A stretch of DNA of 64,000 nt from assembly GCF_009914755.1 (NCBI RefSeq), contig NC_060926.1. One strand, written 5' to 3'. Position 1 is the first letter of the stretch; every line of letters starts with the position of its first letter. This document shows, one piece after another, positions 34,531 to 47,336 of this stretch. The notes beneath the pieces were generated by a model. It was given only the letters and a program-made list of their open reading frames with translations. It was not told where the DNA came from and made no database searches. This stretch comes from the human T2T-CHM13v2.0 reference genome, Homo sapiens. The translations under genes were made by a program, and so were the position numbers.

Positions 34531-35959
34531 CTAGTTTTTTAATTGTCTTTAATTTCGATTTTTAAAAAATTACTCACCAGTCACATCACTAATGTCCATT
34601 ACCAAGTTAAAAAAATTTGTCAGGAAAACATTTAAACAAGTTGCCAGAATAAGATTAAAAAATGTACTCAATACTAAATAGCTCACTTTATAAATGGAGA
34701 TAAATAAGAAAGGAAAATAAAACAGGGTGATGATGTGTGATAGAAAGAGATATAGGCATATCTCTTTGAATTTTTGAGCCTCAGTTTCTTCATCTCTGAA
34801 ATGGGGATACTATTATGACATTCCAAGTTCTTCACGGTTAGACATCTTATGTGATGTATATTGAAGGCACTCAATGGCAATGAAGGAAACAGAGAAGAAG
34901 CAGAGAAGAAAAGTCACAAGAAAGAGGATGAGAAGGATGAAAATGCTAGAAGAGGAGGGAAGATACAGAAGTAGGAGGAAGGAGGAGACTTTGCTGTAAC
35001 CTAAAGTAAAAGTTGTTTCTGAGAACAGGGTTTCATCACATCAGGATATGAGACTGTCTTGATAGGTGTGATGTAGAAAAATATTTACCTTTTAGAGGGT
35101 CTCCTGGCCATGGGAACCTAGGTGATGTTTCAAGAATCATTTTCTGAAATCAAAATAACAGCACAACAGCTAATGCCCATTTCTCTTCCTTAATGATTTT
35201 GAAAATATATATAAAGAAAAAGAATTAGACTAACGATAGTGGAAGAAAAATGGTAATACAATATAACTATCATATTTTAGCTATTTCAACCCAAAATACT
35301 CCTTTTTCCTGGTTTTCCATCAGTCTTATCTCTAAATATTACATATCAAAGTAACTATTACAGTCTTCTTAAATATGGCTGAATGTTAAAGATCAAGATG
35401 TCACTTTGCTAATAACTATGAAACTACATAAGAATTTGTTTCAACCTAAGAAACATGAAAAGGCAAATAATTGTTAGGGGTTCTATACACCTAGATAATG
35501 CGTTTTACAAGGAAAGTTTCTTCTTTGAGCTAACACAACTGATTTAATCTAGGCAGCCCGTAAGTTTTCCTAGCAGTAAGGATCCTTGGAAATCTTACTT
35601 GAGGAGAAGGGAAACTCTTTTAGGCATCTGTGGGCTGGCGTCCTTGACCCCTCAAGAGTTATCTGAACTCTGCATATCCCAGGGGTATCATCAGAGTTAT
35701 ACCCTCTCCAGAGAAGATGCACCAACCACATTGCTCACACAAGTGGACAAGACTGACACCTACACATTTTGAACCCTAAGTCTCTAGTTCCTAGAATTCC
35801 TTTCCCTGAATCTACAAAGCCAAGGGACACTCAGGGTGAAGAGTTAGTCTGTCCCTTCCTCCTCAAACTCCTGGGGCACCCTCAGATCATCCTTAGGCAC
35901 GCCCACCTTCTCAGTGCTGGTGAACCAGTGTTTTATCTGAGAGTCTTCCAGAGCCTTCT

Positions 35960-36458
35960 AGTTCATGTTTATTTATGATTCCCGGAGACCAGCCCTAGTC
36001 TCCTTTTGTCTCTGAGGTAAACAGCCCTACTGCAGCCTCGTCTCTCTCTCATCAGGCTCTGTGGGAGCTGAGACAGATGACACTTCTTTGTGTCCTGGCG
36101 TTATGCAGACACACAGAGGAGTGCCTTTCAGATCCCCTCAGGACTGCTGTGCTCATAAGACTGGTTGGCTGACAACCCCAAGTTTTTTGCTCCTTCAGGA
36201 TCCACCCGACTCATGCTCAGAGCTGCCTCCAGAAAATGAGCAAGGGCCTCATTGCAGCCCAAAACAACTCAGCTCTAACAGGCCAGCTTTCCTGCAGAGC
36301 AGCCCCTTGGGCTGACAGAGACTTTGTCAGCCTGCATCACAGCCCGGTGGCTTCCCTGTTGCTGTTCCTTTTCTTTCTTTGGTGTGTCTCCTCCACAAAA
36401 CTTTTGCCTTCCTAACTTGGTCTCGGCATCTATTTCCTGTGTCAGGTATTACCTACAC
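35960..36458 (+). mobile_element. Probable old ERVL-class LTR (MER74/LTR16-like)
   Basis: 3' end 'ctcctccacaaaacttttgccttcctaacttggtctcggcatctatttcctg...caca' resembles ERVL LTR ends; left boundary uncertain. Confidence 0.45.
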
Positions 36459-37093
36459 AATGAACTAAACCAGTCCTTAACTGAAGAGGGTGAGACCCAT
36501 GCTGGGACTCCAACATCATGATTAAATGATGACTAGAAGGTAGAGACCAAGTCTCCCTCATGGCCCACAAGGATTGTGCATAATAACCTTTCAATAAAGG
36601 TTTGCTGAATTCCATTTTCAAATATCTTGTGCTTCAGAATTCATCTTTGGATACAACATTTTTGCTTTTTATTAACATAGCCATCCTCCACTTCCCCTAA
36701 AGCATACATATGTATGTGTTGGGCAGAAAGTCTACACTTTCTTTGCTTAGGCATGATTGTACTGATTAAAAACCACCTCACAAATTCAGGTTAACCCCTT
36801 GACTGCTGCAATCTCCTGCCTTCACACAGGAAGGATGCCCCTTCTGTTCTTCATTCTTCCTTCCTTGGTGTGACTTAGTGTCTCTGCAGCTCTTTTGGCA
36901 GGCTGTGCTGGGATGTCATTTTCCAAGAAGGGGTCCACTTATTCAGATGAATGCCTCCTTTATTTATTGTAAAATGTTTTGGCAGCTATGGCAAATAGAG
37001 ATTAGGTGTGGGCTGCTTTGCCTTTGAACACAACTTGCTGAAACAGTAGGGGACGCATCTCCCACATTCCGGGAGGATATGCCATCTAATAAG

Positions 37094-37167
37094 TCACATG
37101 GAACCCCTGAAATTTCCATTCACAAAAGGATCACATGGAACCCCTGAAACTTCCATTCACAAAAAGA
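37094..37167. repeat. 37-bp tandem duplication (2 copies, 2 mismatches)
   Basis: tcacatggaacccctgaaa(t/c)ttccattcacaaaa(g/a)ga twice. Confidence 0.95.
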
Positions 37168-37691
37168 TTGCTTTGGGTAGGCAGCACATAATAAGGTGCC
37201 TTTTCTGCAACATTATTAAATAGAAAGTTTCTTCATGGTGCCAGGAGGTTATATTCCTTGTAAAAGTTGTGTTCCTTCACAAGTTGTGTTCCTTCACCAT
37301 TCATAAAGGACTGTTGGGAGATAGATTTGGGCATTTGGGGAATTAGCTTAATTTACTTCTTGAGCAAAATCTCCAGGAAATCAACATCTGGCTCTTCATT
37401 TCCTGTCTACCAGTCATCTTTTGTACTCTCTGTCCTTTGGTATTTTCCATGCCAGCAGCACAAACTGGAAGAAACCAAGGACCCTCTGATCACCTGATCC
37501 AGCAATGTTGTTTTACCCTTTTTAGGTGATCTCTCTTGACTTTCAATTCTAAATCTCTCCTGTCTTTTCCAGTTTGACATTCTCCTCTTTGGTTCTTCTT
37601 GCTCTTGAATCCTTTTACACCTTCTACCACCTAATGATAAGCTTCCTTGGGCTCAGTTTTGGTAAAATTACTCCTTATCAGAAATTTACTC

Positions 37692-37991
37692 TTTTTTTGT
37701 TGTTGTTGTTGAGACAGAGTCTCGCTCTGTCACCCAGGCTGTAGTGCAGTGGCGCGATCTCGGCTCACTGCAAGCTCTGCCTCCTGGGTTCACGCCATTC
37801 TCCTGCCTCAGCCTCCTGAGTAGCTGGGACTACCAGTGCCTGCCACCATGCCTGGCTAATTTTTTGTATTTTTAGTAGAGACGGGGTTTCACTGTGTTAG
37901 CCAGCATGGTCTTGATCTCCTGACTTCATGATCCACCTGCCTCGGCCTCCCAAAGTGCTGAGATTACAGGCGTGAGCCACTGTGCCCAGCC
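37692..37991 (-). mobile_element. AluY with (TTG)n tail
   Basis: Y-diagnostic 'gcaagctc', 'ttcacgccattc', 'gtgttagcc'; TSD aatttactctt at 37683-37693 and 37995-38005. Confidence 0.95.
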
Positions 37992-39424
37992 AGGAATTTA
38001 CTCTTACGACTTTCAAATCTATACAACATTCACTGAATATCTGAATTGAAATCCCATTTTGCCTAATTGTCTATGAATTATGAATCAATATTTCCTAATC
38101 TCTATTCAAAATCAGTGGTTAATTTCAAATGGACATAAGCCTCTCAGGAATGCAGCGTGAAGCTCTTTATTCAAAGCATAGTTTTTAAACCTGAGATCCA
38201 CAAAACCTTATGATGGCCATTATTATAGGTTCCTTAAGATTGTGTGCCCAACGGTGTGTGTGTACATATATTCAGCTGTATGAACGAAGCACACAAACTG
38301 AAGAAGTGTACACATAGTAGAGAAAATGGACATTATTCAGAGTGGATATATTGTGGGTGAGCCCAGATAGAACCCATTAGTCTCTACAACAGAGAAAAAA
38401 TGGCAGTGATGGCTTTGGTTTCCTTAAAACAAAACTCTCCTATAATAACCTGAAGCCTTCAGTATTTCTGTGGAAACGTATTCATCACTCCTGCTATTTT
38501 CTTTGATGAAAGTTAGTTTGAACAATCTCTTGGCCCTTTTCTGCCGCCTCACAGCATCCTCTCCAGAGGATGAGAAGTATATGAATTTAGATTAAAAAAT
38601 AGAAAATATGTAAATTAGCACCCACTTCCTCTTTTCAGCCCAATACTAAACTCTGTCATAAGAAGACGCTACTGAGAAGTCCTGAGAAGTTTGATGGATT
38701 GAATAGTGTCTACATATAGATTTACTATTAGCAATACCATTTGGCTAACATGCTGAAGTCTTGTTCTTCAACATTTGTATCAGCTGATTTAACTTTTAAT
38801 TTTCTATTTTAGGTATCTCATTTCTAATTTTATTTGTATTTCATTTTTTCCCATCATCCTCTTATGAGGAATTCCAAATATATATCAAAGTTGAATTTTT
38901 TGTAATGAATACCCATATACCATTAACGTTTTACTACACATGTCTTAACACGTATCTGTCCATTTATCCATCTCTATCCATCCCTTGAGCCATTTTTGTT
39001 TGAGGCATTTTAATGTAATGCCTCAAAAAAGAAAATAATGCTTCACTTTCCCCTATAATTCAGCATGTATATCATTGGAGTTAATTTTCATTTTGAGATT
39101 AAATATTCCATGAAATTCACAAATGTTAAGTATATATATGTTGTGGTTTTTTTTAAAAGAAAATCAGTCTAAATTTATTTAAAGTCAGAATCATTTCAGA
39201 AAAAAATAAAATTTGACATCAACAACACAGAGCAGAGTATTCGATCTTGGCTAAGAACATTTACCAAGTAATTAAAATTACAAGTCATGAATGCTTAAAA
39301 ATACTTTGTTCTTCTAAGTGAATTGAGGATGACCCCTAAAAATTTTGTATTTATTCATTAGGCAAATAATTAATTTTAGATAGACTGAGGAAAGTTAAGT
39401 TTCTGACCAAATAATAAGGAATTC

Positions 39425-39915
39425 TTTTATTATTATTATTATTATACTTTAAGTTTTGGGGTACATGTGCAGAACGTGCAGGTTTGTTACATAGGTATAC
39501 ATGTGCCATGGTGGTTTGATACACCCATCAACCCATCATCTACATTAGATATTTCTTCTAATGCTATCCCTCCCCTTGCCCCCCACCCCCTGACAAGCCC
39601 CGGTGTGTGATGTTCCTCTCCCTGTGTCCAGGTGTTCTCATTATTCAGTTCCCACTTAGGAGTGAGAACATGCAGTGTTTGGTTTTCTGTTCTTGTGTTA
39701 GTTTGCTGAGAATGATGGTTTCCAGCTTCATCCATGTGCCTGCAAAGGATATGAACTCATCCTTTTTTATGGCTGGATAGTATTCCATGGTGTATATGTG
39801 CCACATTTTTTTTATCCAGTCTATGACTGATGGACATTTGGGTTGGTTTCAAGTCTTTGCTATTGTGAGCAGTGCCGCGATAAACATACATGTGCATGTG
39901 TCTTTATAGTAGAAT
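39425..39915 (-). mobile_element. L1PA7-like 3' end (5'-truncated)
   Basis: (TTA)n tail, then 'atactttaagttttggggtacatgtgcagaacgtgcaggtttgttacatagg...catctacattag...gtgtctttatagtagaat'. Confidence 0.93.
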
Positions 39916-40469
39916 TTTGACAAACGCATACACTAAAGTAACTCAAACTCTTGTCAGGTTGTAGAACATTACCATCACCCCAGAAAGTTATATAATTCCA
40001 CTTCCCAAAAATCCTTACCCCATATCCCAGAAGCAACTTCTTTCTTGATTTTTCCCATTAGAGATTCCTTTTGCCTGTTCTAGAACTTTATGTAAATGGT
40101 ACCATACCCGCAGGATGGACTCTTGTGTGTAAAGTTTCTTTCACTAAGCCTAATAGTTTTGAGACTCACCTATTTGACCGTATGTTAGTAGTTCATTGTA
40201 TTGTTACAGATGAAGTGTATATCATTGTATGAATACACCAGAGTTTATTCATTCTCCTGTTGGTGCACACTTCCAAATCAGGGCCATTATGAATAAACTA
40301 TGAACAATCTTGTGCAAGTCTTTTGGTGAACCTACATATTCATTTCTTTTGGGCAACAACATAGGATAGCAAGTGATGAGTAGATAGAGTAGGTATATGT
40401 TTAGTTATATGAGAAATTACCAGATCACTATATAAACAAGTTACACCATGTTATATTCCCACCAAAAAA

Positions 40470-40643
40470 ATGAGAATTTCAGTCAGTCTACACCCTCAAA
40501 AACAATCAATATTGTCAATCTTTGTACTTTTAGCCATTCTGTTGACTATGTAGTATCATGAGAATTTCAGTCAGTCTACACCCTCAAAAACAATCAATAT
40601 TGTCAGTCTTTGTACTTTTAGCCATTCTGTTGACTATGTAGTA
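40470..40643. repeat. 86-bp tandem duplication (period 88, 1 mismatch) inside the old L1
   Basis: 40470-40555 and 40558-40643, separated by 'tc'. Confidence 0.95.
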
Positions 40644-43335
40644 AAATTTCCCTGTGGTTTTAATTTGAATGTATTTGATGACTATGATGGTAAGAACTTT
40701 TTAATGAGTTTCTTAGCCATTTGTACGTCATTTTGTGAATGCCTGTGAAATCTTTGTCCCATATTTTATGGGGTTACTTGCAAGTTTATGACTGAGTTTT
40801 AGGTGTTCTTTATATATCCTGGACACCAATACATCGTCAGATATATCCTGTGACTATTTTCTCCATGTTTATGCCTTGCCTATTAATTTTCTTAATGGTG
40901 TTTTTGATAAGATTATTTTTCATTGGATAAAATCTAGTTTTTTGATGTTTCTTTTATGATTATTTCTAATTGTGATCTGAGAAATGTTTGTCTACCCTCA
41001 AGTCATAAAGATATCCTTCTCTGTTTACTTCTAAAATCGTTATAGTTTTAGATTTTACATTCAGGTCAATGTTCTATCTCTACTTACTTTTACATGCAGT
41101 GAAAGTAATAGGTTAATGTTCATTTTTTTCCCCACGCAGATATCCAATTATTTCAGCATCACTTGCTAAAAATACTTTCCTTTCGTCTTTGGATTCCACT
41201 GGCAACTTTATTGAAAAATCAGATAACTATGTAAGTGTGTGTCTTTTTCTGGTCTCTCTGTTTCATTGATAAATTTGTCAATACTTCTGTCTGTATCTCA
41301 CTCCCTTGATTATTATAACGTAAAGTATTACAATCAGGCAGTGTAAATGTTAATGTTTGTTCTTTTTCAAGGTATTGTTTTGAATATCGATGTTCTCTGC
41401 CTTTCTATGTAAGTTTTAGAATTTCCACGTCTGCTTCTACCAAAAAAAAAAAAAAAAAAAAAAACCTGCTGAAAAATGATTGTGATTGTGTTTACCTTGT
41501 AAATCAGTTTGGAAAGAAGTGACATCTTAACAATATCAAGTCTTCTAATGGTTTTTCTCTGCATTTATTTGGGTCTTTTTGAATTTCTCCTACAAGTTTG
41601 TTTCAGTTCTCAGGTTAGAAATTTTGTGTGTTCTCAGCGAGACGTAATCTTAAGAATTTTAATATTTTGATGCTATTATATAGTAATTAATTGTATTATT
41701 CATTTGTTGCTAGTATACAAATATATAAATGATTTTTGTACATTATCTATAGTAAATTCATTTATTAGTTTCTGAAGTAGTTTATAGATACCTTAGGATT
41801 TTATACACATACAAAAGTCATCTGCACCTAAAGACAAATATCGTCCTTCCTTTCTGATATTTACGTTATTTATTTATTTATTTATTTATTTGGGTTTTAT
41901 TACTGGCTAGATTTCCACTGCAATGCTAAATAGAGATAGTGGGAGTGTGGATCTTTGCTTTGTTCCCAAATTTAGGAGGAACATTCACTATTTCATCATT
42001 AATCATTATGCTGGCTGTAGCTTTTTAATAGCTATTATTGCAGATGGAGGAGGTCTCCTTGTATTTCTCGTCTGCTGAGAGTTTTTATCAAAATTGAGTG
42101 TTGAATTTTGTCATATGGTTTTTCTGCACTGATTGACATAATCATATGGTTTTTATTTTTTGTGCTTTCGATATGGTAGCTTAAACTGATGTCATTGTTG
42201 CAGTGTTGAGAAACTCTACTTGGTCATGAAATATAATATTTACATGCTAAACTACACGCATCTATGTTTAGGAGAGATATTTTAGTGGGTATCTGTAATG
42301 TCTGTCAGATTTTGGTGTCGGTATTATGCTAATTTCATAAAATGATTTGGAAGGCATTCCCTCTGCCTATGTGTTTTAAATGAAATTAAGTTCTCTCTGA
42401 AATCTTAGATAGAATTCACTTTTGAAAACTTCTCAGTCTAGAATTTTATTTATATAAAGGTTTTGATGAGTTCAATTTTTTAACACATACAGAGATATTT
42501 TAGGTTTTCTTTTTTTTTAACTTGTGTCAGTTTGACAAGTGGTATTCTTCAAGGAATGTGTTAATTTTTTCTAGATTTTTAAAATTATTGGCATGAAGTT
42601 CTTTATAATATTACCTTAAAGGTAAATAAAGCTATACATTTCCTTGTAGCTAGCTAGCTGCATCCCACAAATAATAAAATGTATTTTCACTATTATCCAG
42701 TTGGAAATATTTTCTTATTTCCTTTCTGATTTCTTTCTATGACTTATTTTTTAAGTTAGATACATATCATTTATCATTCAACTTAAAAATATTGTTTCTC
42801 CTGAATATCTTAATATATATTTCTAATATAATTCCATCTTGCTAAGAGATTACGTGAGATGGGGTGATGTCAGTTATTCTAAATTGATAAGGCACGTTTT
42901 ATGGTTCAGCATATGGTCTATGTTGGTAAACATATCATGCTCAGTTTATAGATATATTTTGTAATTGTTGTTTAATGTTCTATAAATACCAAGGATACAG
43001 TAGTTGATAGAATTATCCAGATTACTAATATTTTATCTGATTTTTTTCTATTTGTTCTATCCATTGCCAAGATAGGGAAATTAAAGTCTCTTGTGATATC
43101 ATTTATTTCTCCATAGAATTCTGTCAATTTTTGCTTCATAATTTTGGAGCATAAATATGTATGAACCTAATATATAGGTTCATTCAAATTATTTTGAAAA
43201 TCTACAAAAAATTAACACATTCCTTGAAGAATGCCACTTGTCAAACTGACATAAGGTAATAAAAAAAGAAAACCTGATACATAGGTTCATACATATTTAT
43301 GGTTATTATATATTCCTAAAAAATTGATTTTTTTA

Positions 43336-43623
43336 GGCAGAGTGCAGTGGCTCATGCCTGTAATCCCAGCACTTTGGGAGGCTGAAGTGGGTGGACCACC
43401 TGAGGTCAGGAGTTTGAGACCAGCCTGGCCAACATGATGAAACCCCATCTCTACTAAAAATACAAAAATTAACCAGATGTGGTGGTGAGCACCTGTAATC
43501 CCAGCTACTCGGGAGACTGAGGAAGGAGAATTGCTTGAACCCGGGAGGCGGAGGTTGAGTGAGCCGAGACTGCGCCACTGCACTCCAGCCTGGGTGACAG
43601 AGCAAGACTCCATCTCAAAAAAA
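43336..43623 (+). mobile_element. AluS
   Basis: Full dimer. Confidence 0.95.
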
Positions 43624-45120
43624 TTTAAAAAATTAAAATTTAATTTTTTTGTAATTATGAAGTGTCCCTCTTTATATTTGAAAATACTTTTTGTCCTGTA
43701 GGCCTGTTTTCTCTGAAATTTATATGGCCATTTCAGCTTTCTTAAGCTGTTTGCATGCTACATATTTTGCCATCCATTTACTTTTAACTTATATGTGTTT
43801 ATCTTTAAAGGGTATTTTTATAGGCAGCACATAGTTATGACAATTCCTGTCTTCTAATTGAAGTGTTTGACTAAAACAATGATTGCCATTTCTGACATGA
43901 TTGGATATAGATCTACTGCTATTTTATTGTGTTCTGCTTCTCCCTCTATTTCTTGATTCTCTCTTTTTTGATTTTCCCTCTTAAATTATTTGAGCATTTT
44001 TAGAATTCTACTTTAACCAATTTGCTCTTTAGTCACGTTCGTTTAGATTACTTTTTGATGTTTAATTCTTTGCTTTACAGAGACCATTTGGACTTAATAT
44101 TATATTATGCTACAATAAATGTGGAAATCTTACAAGATCATAAGCCCATGTAGCACCATATACTTTATGCTATCTTTGTCACATGTATTAAGATGCATAC
44201 CGTATAATCCCACATGACAATATTCTAATTTTTGCCTTTTAGAAAGTCATGCCCTTTAAATAAATTGAAAATAAAATACAGTCTTTTATACTTATTCATA
44301 ATTTTACAATTTTTGGTGGTATTTACTCTTTCTGAATACCTAAGTATCCATTTTGTATCATTTTCCTTCAGTGCAAATAACTTGCTTAGGTATATTTGTA
44401 GTGCATGTCTGCTGAAGAAAATTTTATTTAGCTTTCTTTCAGCTAAAAATGTTTTCATTTTAACTTTATAATGAAAAATATTTTTGCTTGATGTAGAATT
44501 TTGAGTTGACAGACTTGTTCCTTTGACACTTAAAGATATATTCCACAATATTTCAATATTGTAGTTTTTTGTAAAATCAGAACTCATTTAAAAAGTTGTT
44601 TTCTGTATCTGTGTCACTTTTCTCTGGCTCTTTCCAAGGTCCCTCTTTATTTTTAGTTTTTAGCAATTTAAATATGACATAACTAAGTATGTTTTTTTTT
44701 TTAACATTTGCTTGCTTCGTGTTTACTGAACTTCTTGAATCTGTAGATTTATTACTTTCACCATATATGGGACTCTTTGGCCTTAATATTTTAAAATAAT
44801 TCCTCATCATTCTCTCTTCTCTCCTTCAATAACTGCAATTGTATATGTATGTTAGCCTTGATATTGCCCCACAGATCTGAGAGAATATGTCAACTTTTTT
44901 TTGCAATATTTTATCTCTGTCATCTTTAGATTTGATCATTTCTATTACCTCAACTTCAGGTTCACTTATATCTTTCTTCTTTTGACTTCATTCTACTAAT
45001 AAGACTATTCTAAGTTTTAATGACTACCGTATTATTCTTCTGTTCTAGGATTTCCATTTGATTATTTTTATAGTTTTGTTTCTGCACTAAAATTTGTCTC
45101 TTTATTCAGTATAACCATTT

Positions 45121-46311
45121 TTTCTCTCTTTCTTTTTTTTTTGAGATGGAGTCTTTCTCTGTCACCCAGGCTGGAGTATTGTGGAATCTGGTCAGCAGCC
45201 CACAGTGCAACGTGGCTCTCTCTTTGCTCTCAGGTAGATCAGCAGGTTAAGAAATAATAGACACACACAAGATAGTGAAAGCTGGGTCCAGGGGGGTCAC
45301 CACCTTCTGGTCCTATGGTGCCGCCAATGCACTGGATATACCAGCATTTATTATTAAGTTTAGTGAGGGTAGGGGTAGGTTAGTGAGGGATTTAGGGTCA
45401 TTTGATTATGAGGTGAGACGGTCACATGGGGATGAAGTAATTCTTTAACATAACATCTCTATGCAGAAGTACAGTATACAGAGGTAAGAATTTACAATAT
45501 AGTGTGTGCATCAGTAATTTCTAACAGAGCCTTAAAACAGAAACACCAGGAACACAGTCTTTCCATAACCTATGATTAGCAAGATATTAATCAGCAGTAA
45601 CAGTTGCAGCAAAAGCTGGTTACAAACAATCCATAGAAATAGGACGTGAAGCTAGACACCTGGTTAGACCAGAAATTCTCAGAAGGGAGTATGCCTTAAC
45701 CCTAAAGAGGCCTACAAGAACCGTGGCAACATGAGAGCGTTTATAGCCCTATCTTATCCATATGGACAGGTGCCCCCCAATGCGTCCGTTTATAGGCTCT
45801 CCACAAGGGTTGCATTCCATTCCCAGAGCTATGAACATCTGCTTTTCTGGGATAGGAATCTTGGTGATGTGAAACCTCCCTGACTGTGTGTCCATTCATA
45901 AGCTCTCTGCAGGGGGAAGCACATCACATGCTGTTGGCTCATTCTGGCAGTCCAACCTGGCATTGTCTTTATACAATCCTGCATGCAATTTTGTATTTAC
46001 AATAATCAAAAGCATTTCATCTTCTATTCCATAGCAATAGTTTCAGGGAATCTCCCTACACTGGAATGTAGTGGCATGATCTCGGCTCACTGCAACCTCT
46101 GCCTCCCAGGTTTAAGCCATTCTTTTGCCTCAGCCTCCTGAGTAGCTGGGATTAGAGACATGTGCCACCACACCTGGCTAATTTTTCTATTTTTAGTAGA
46201 GACACGGTTTTGCCATATTGGCCAGGCTGGTCTAGAACTCCTGACCTCAGGTGATCTGCTTGCCTCGGCCTCCCAAAGTGCTAGAATTACAGGCGTGAGC
46301 CACCACACCCA
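45121..46311 (-). mobile_element. AluS split by an LTR (parts 45121-45176 and 46061-46311)
   Basis: '...gtcacccaggctggag' resumes as 'ctggaatgtagtggcatgatctcggctcac'. Confidence 0.93.
45177..46060 (-). mobile_element. ERVK-class solo LTR, MER11-family (MER11D-like), 884 bp
   Basis: Reverse strand begins TGTAGGGAGA..CCCTGAAACTATTGCTATGGAATA; 6-bp TSD ctggag/ctggaa, the length typical of class II ERVs; subfamily from memory. Confidence 0.8.
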
Positions 46312-47012
46312 GACAGTGTATTTCATATTAGCTCATTTAATATAATTTTAATAGCTGCCATAAAATGCTTAAATGCTAATTCCAGCATCTGAATCACTTG
46401 TAGTTGTTTCTGTTAATTCTCTTTCCCCTTGAGAATGGCTAGCATTTTCATAGGACTTATTATTTCAGATAATTTTGGATTGTATCCAGACATTGAATTC
46501 TGTGATAATCTTCAAGAGTGTTTTGTTTTGTTTTATCAGGAAACTCACTTTGTTGAATTCAAATGCAAATTATGTGCCATTTAGTTAAGCAACAGTTCCA
46601 GTGTCGGTTCAGTTCTTTCATCCTGAGCTGAGCTGCTTTGAGTTTTCTCCATGTCGGTTCCCACACACATAAAGAAAGAGCTCCATGTATGTGAAATTCT
46701 CCCACAAATTCTTCTGGAGTTGATACACCAAGTTTGAGGCTCCCTCTCTCCAGCATGCTCCGTACTGATATCCGTAACTCACTTATTAGTCGCTGTTGTT
46801 GGATCTGAGCTTTATCCTCTGGTTTTTCAGGCCAGAAAGATTATTGCTCTTTTAGAAACATTTTTTTACTCCACATGTAATTGATTGTAGCCTGCCTTCA
46901 GGTTAATAATAAAGCCATACAGTAGGAAATGCATCTCATGTCTTTCACATATTGGCTCTCTTCTGGGATTTACCTACTTTTGTGCACTCCCTCGTGCATT
47001 CAGAAAGCTTTT

Positions 47013-47336
47013 TTTTCTTTTTGTTCTTTTTTTTATTATGCTTTAAGTTTTAGGGTACATGTGCACAATGTGCAGGTTAGTTACATATGTATACGTGTAC
47101 CATGTTGGTGTGCTGCACCCATTAACTCGTCATTTAACATTAGGTATATCTCCTAATGCTATCCCTCCCCCCTCCCCCCACCCCACAACAGTCCCCAGTG
47201 TGTGATGTTCCCCTTCCTGTGTCCTTTGTAGGGACATGGATGAAGCTGGAAACCATCATTCTCAGCAAACTATCGCAAGGACAAAAAAACAGACACCGCA
47301 TGTTCTCACTCACAGGTGGGAATTGAACAATGAGAA
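47013..47336 (-). mobile_element. Very short young L1 (L1PA3-like) with 5' inversion
   Basis: Antisense poly(A) and 3' UTR 47013-47224; sense-oriented piece 47220-47336; TSD agaaagctttt at 47002-47012 and 47333-47343. Confidence 0.93.
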
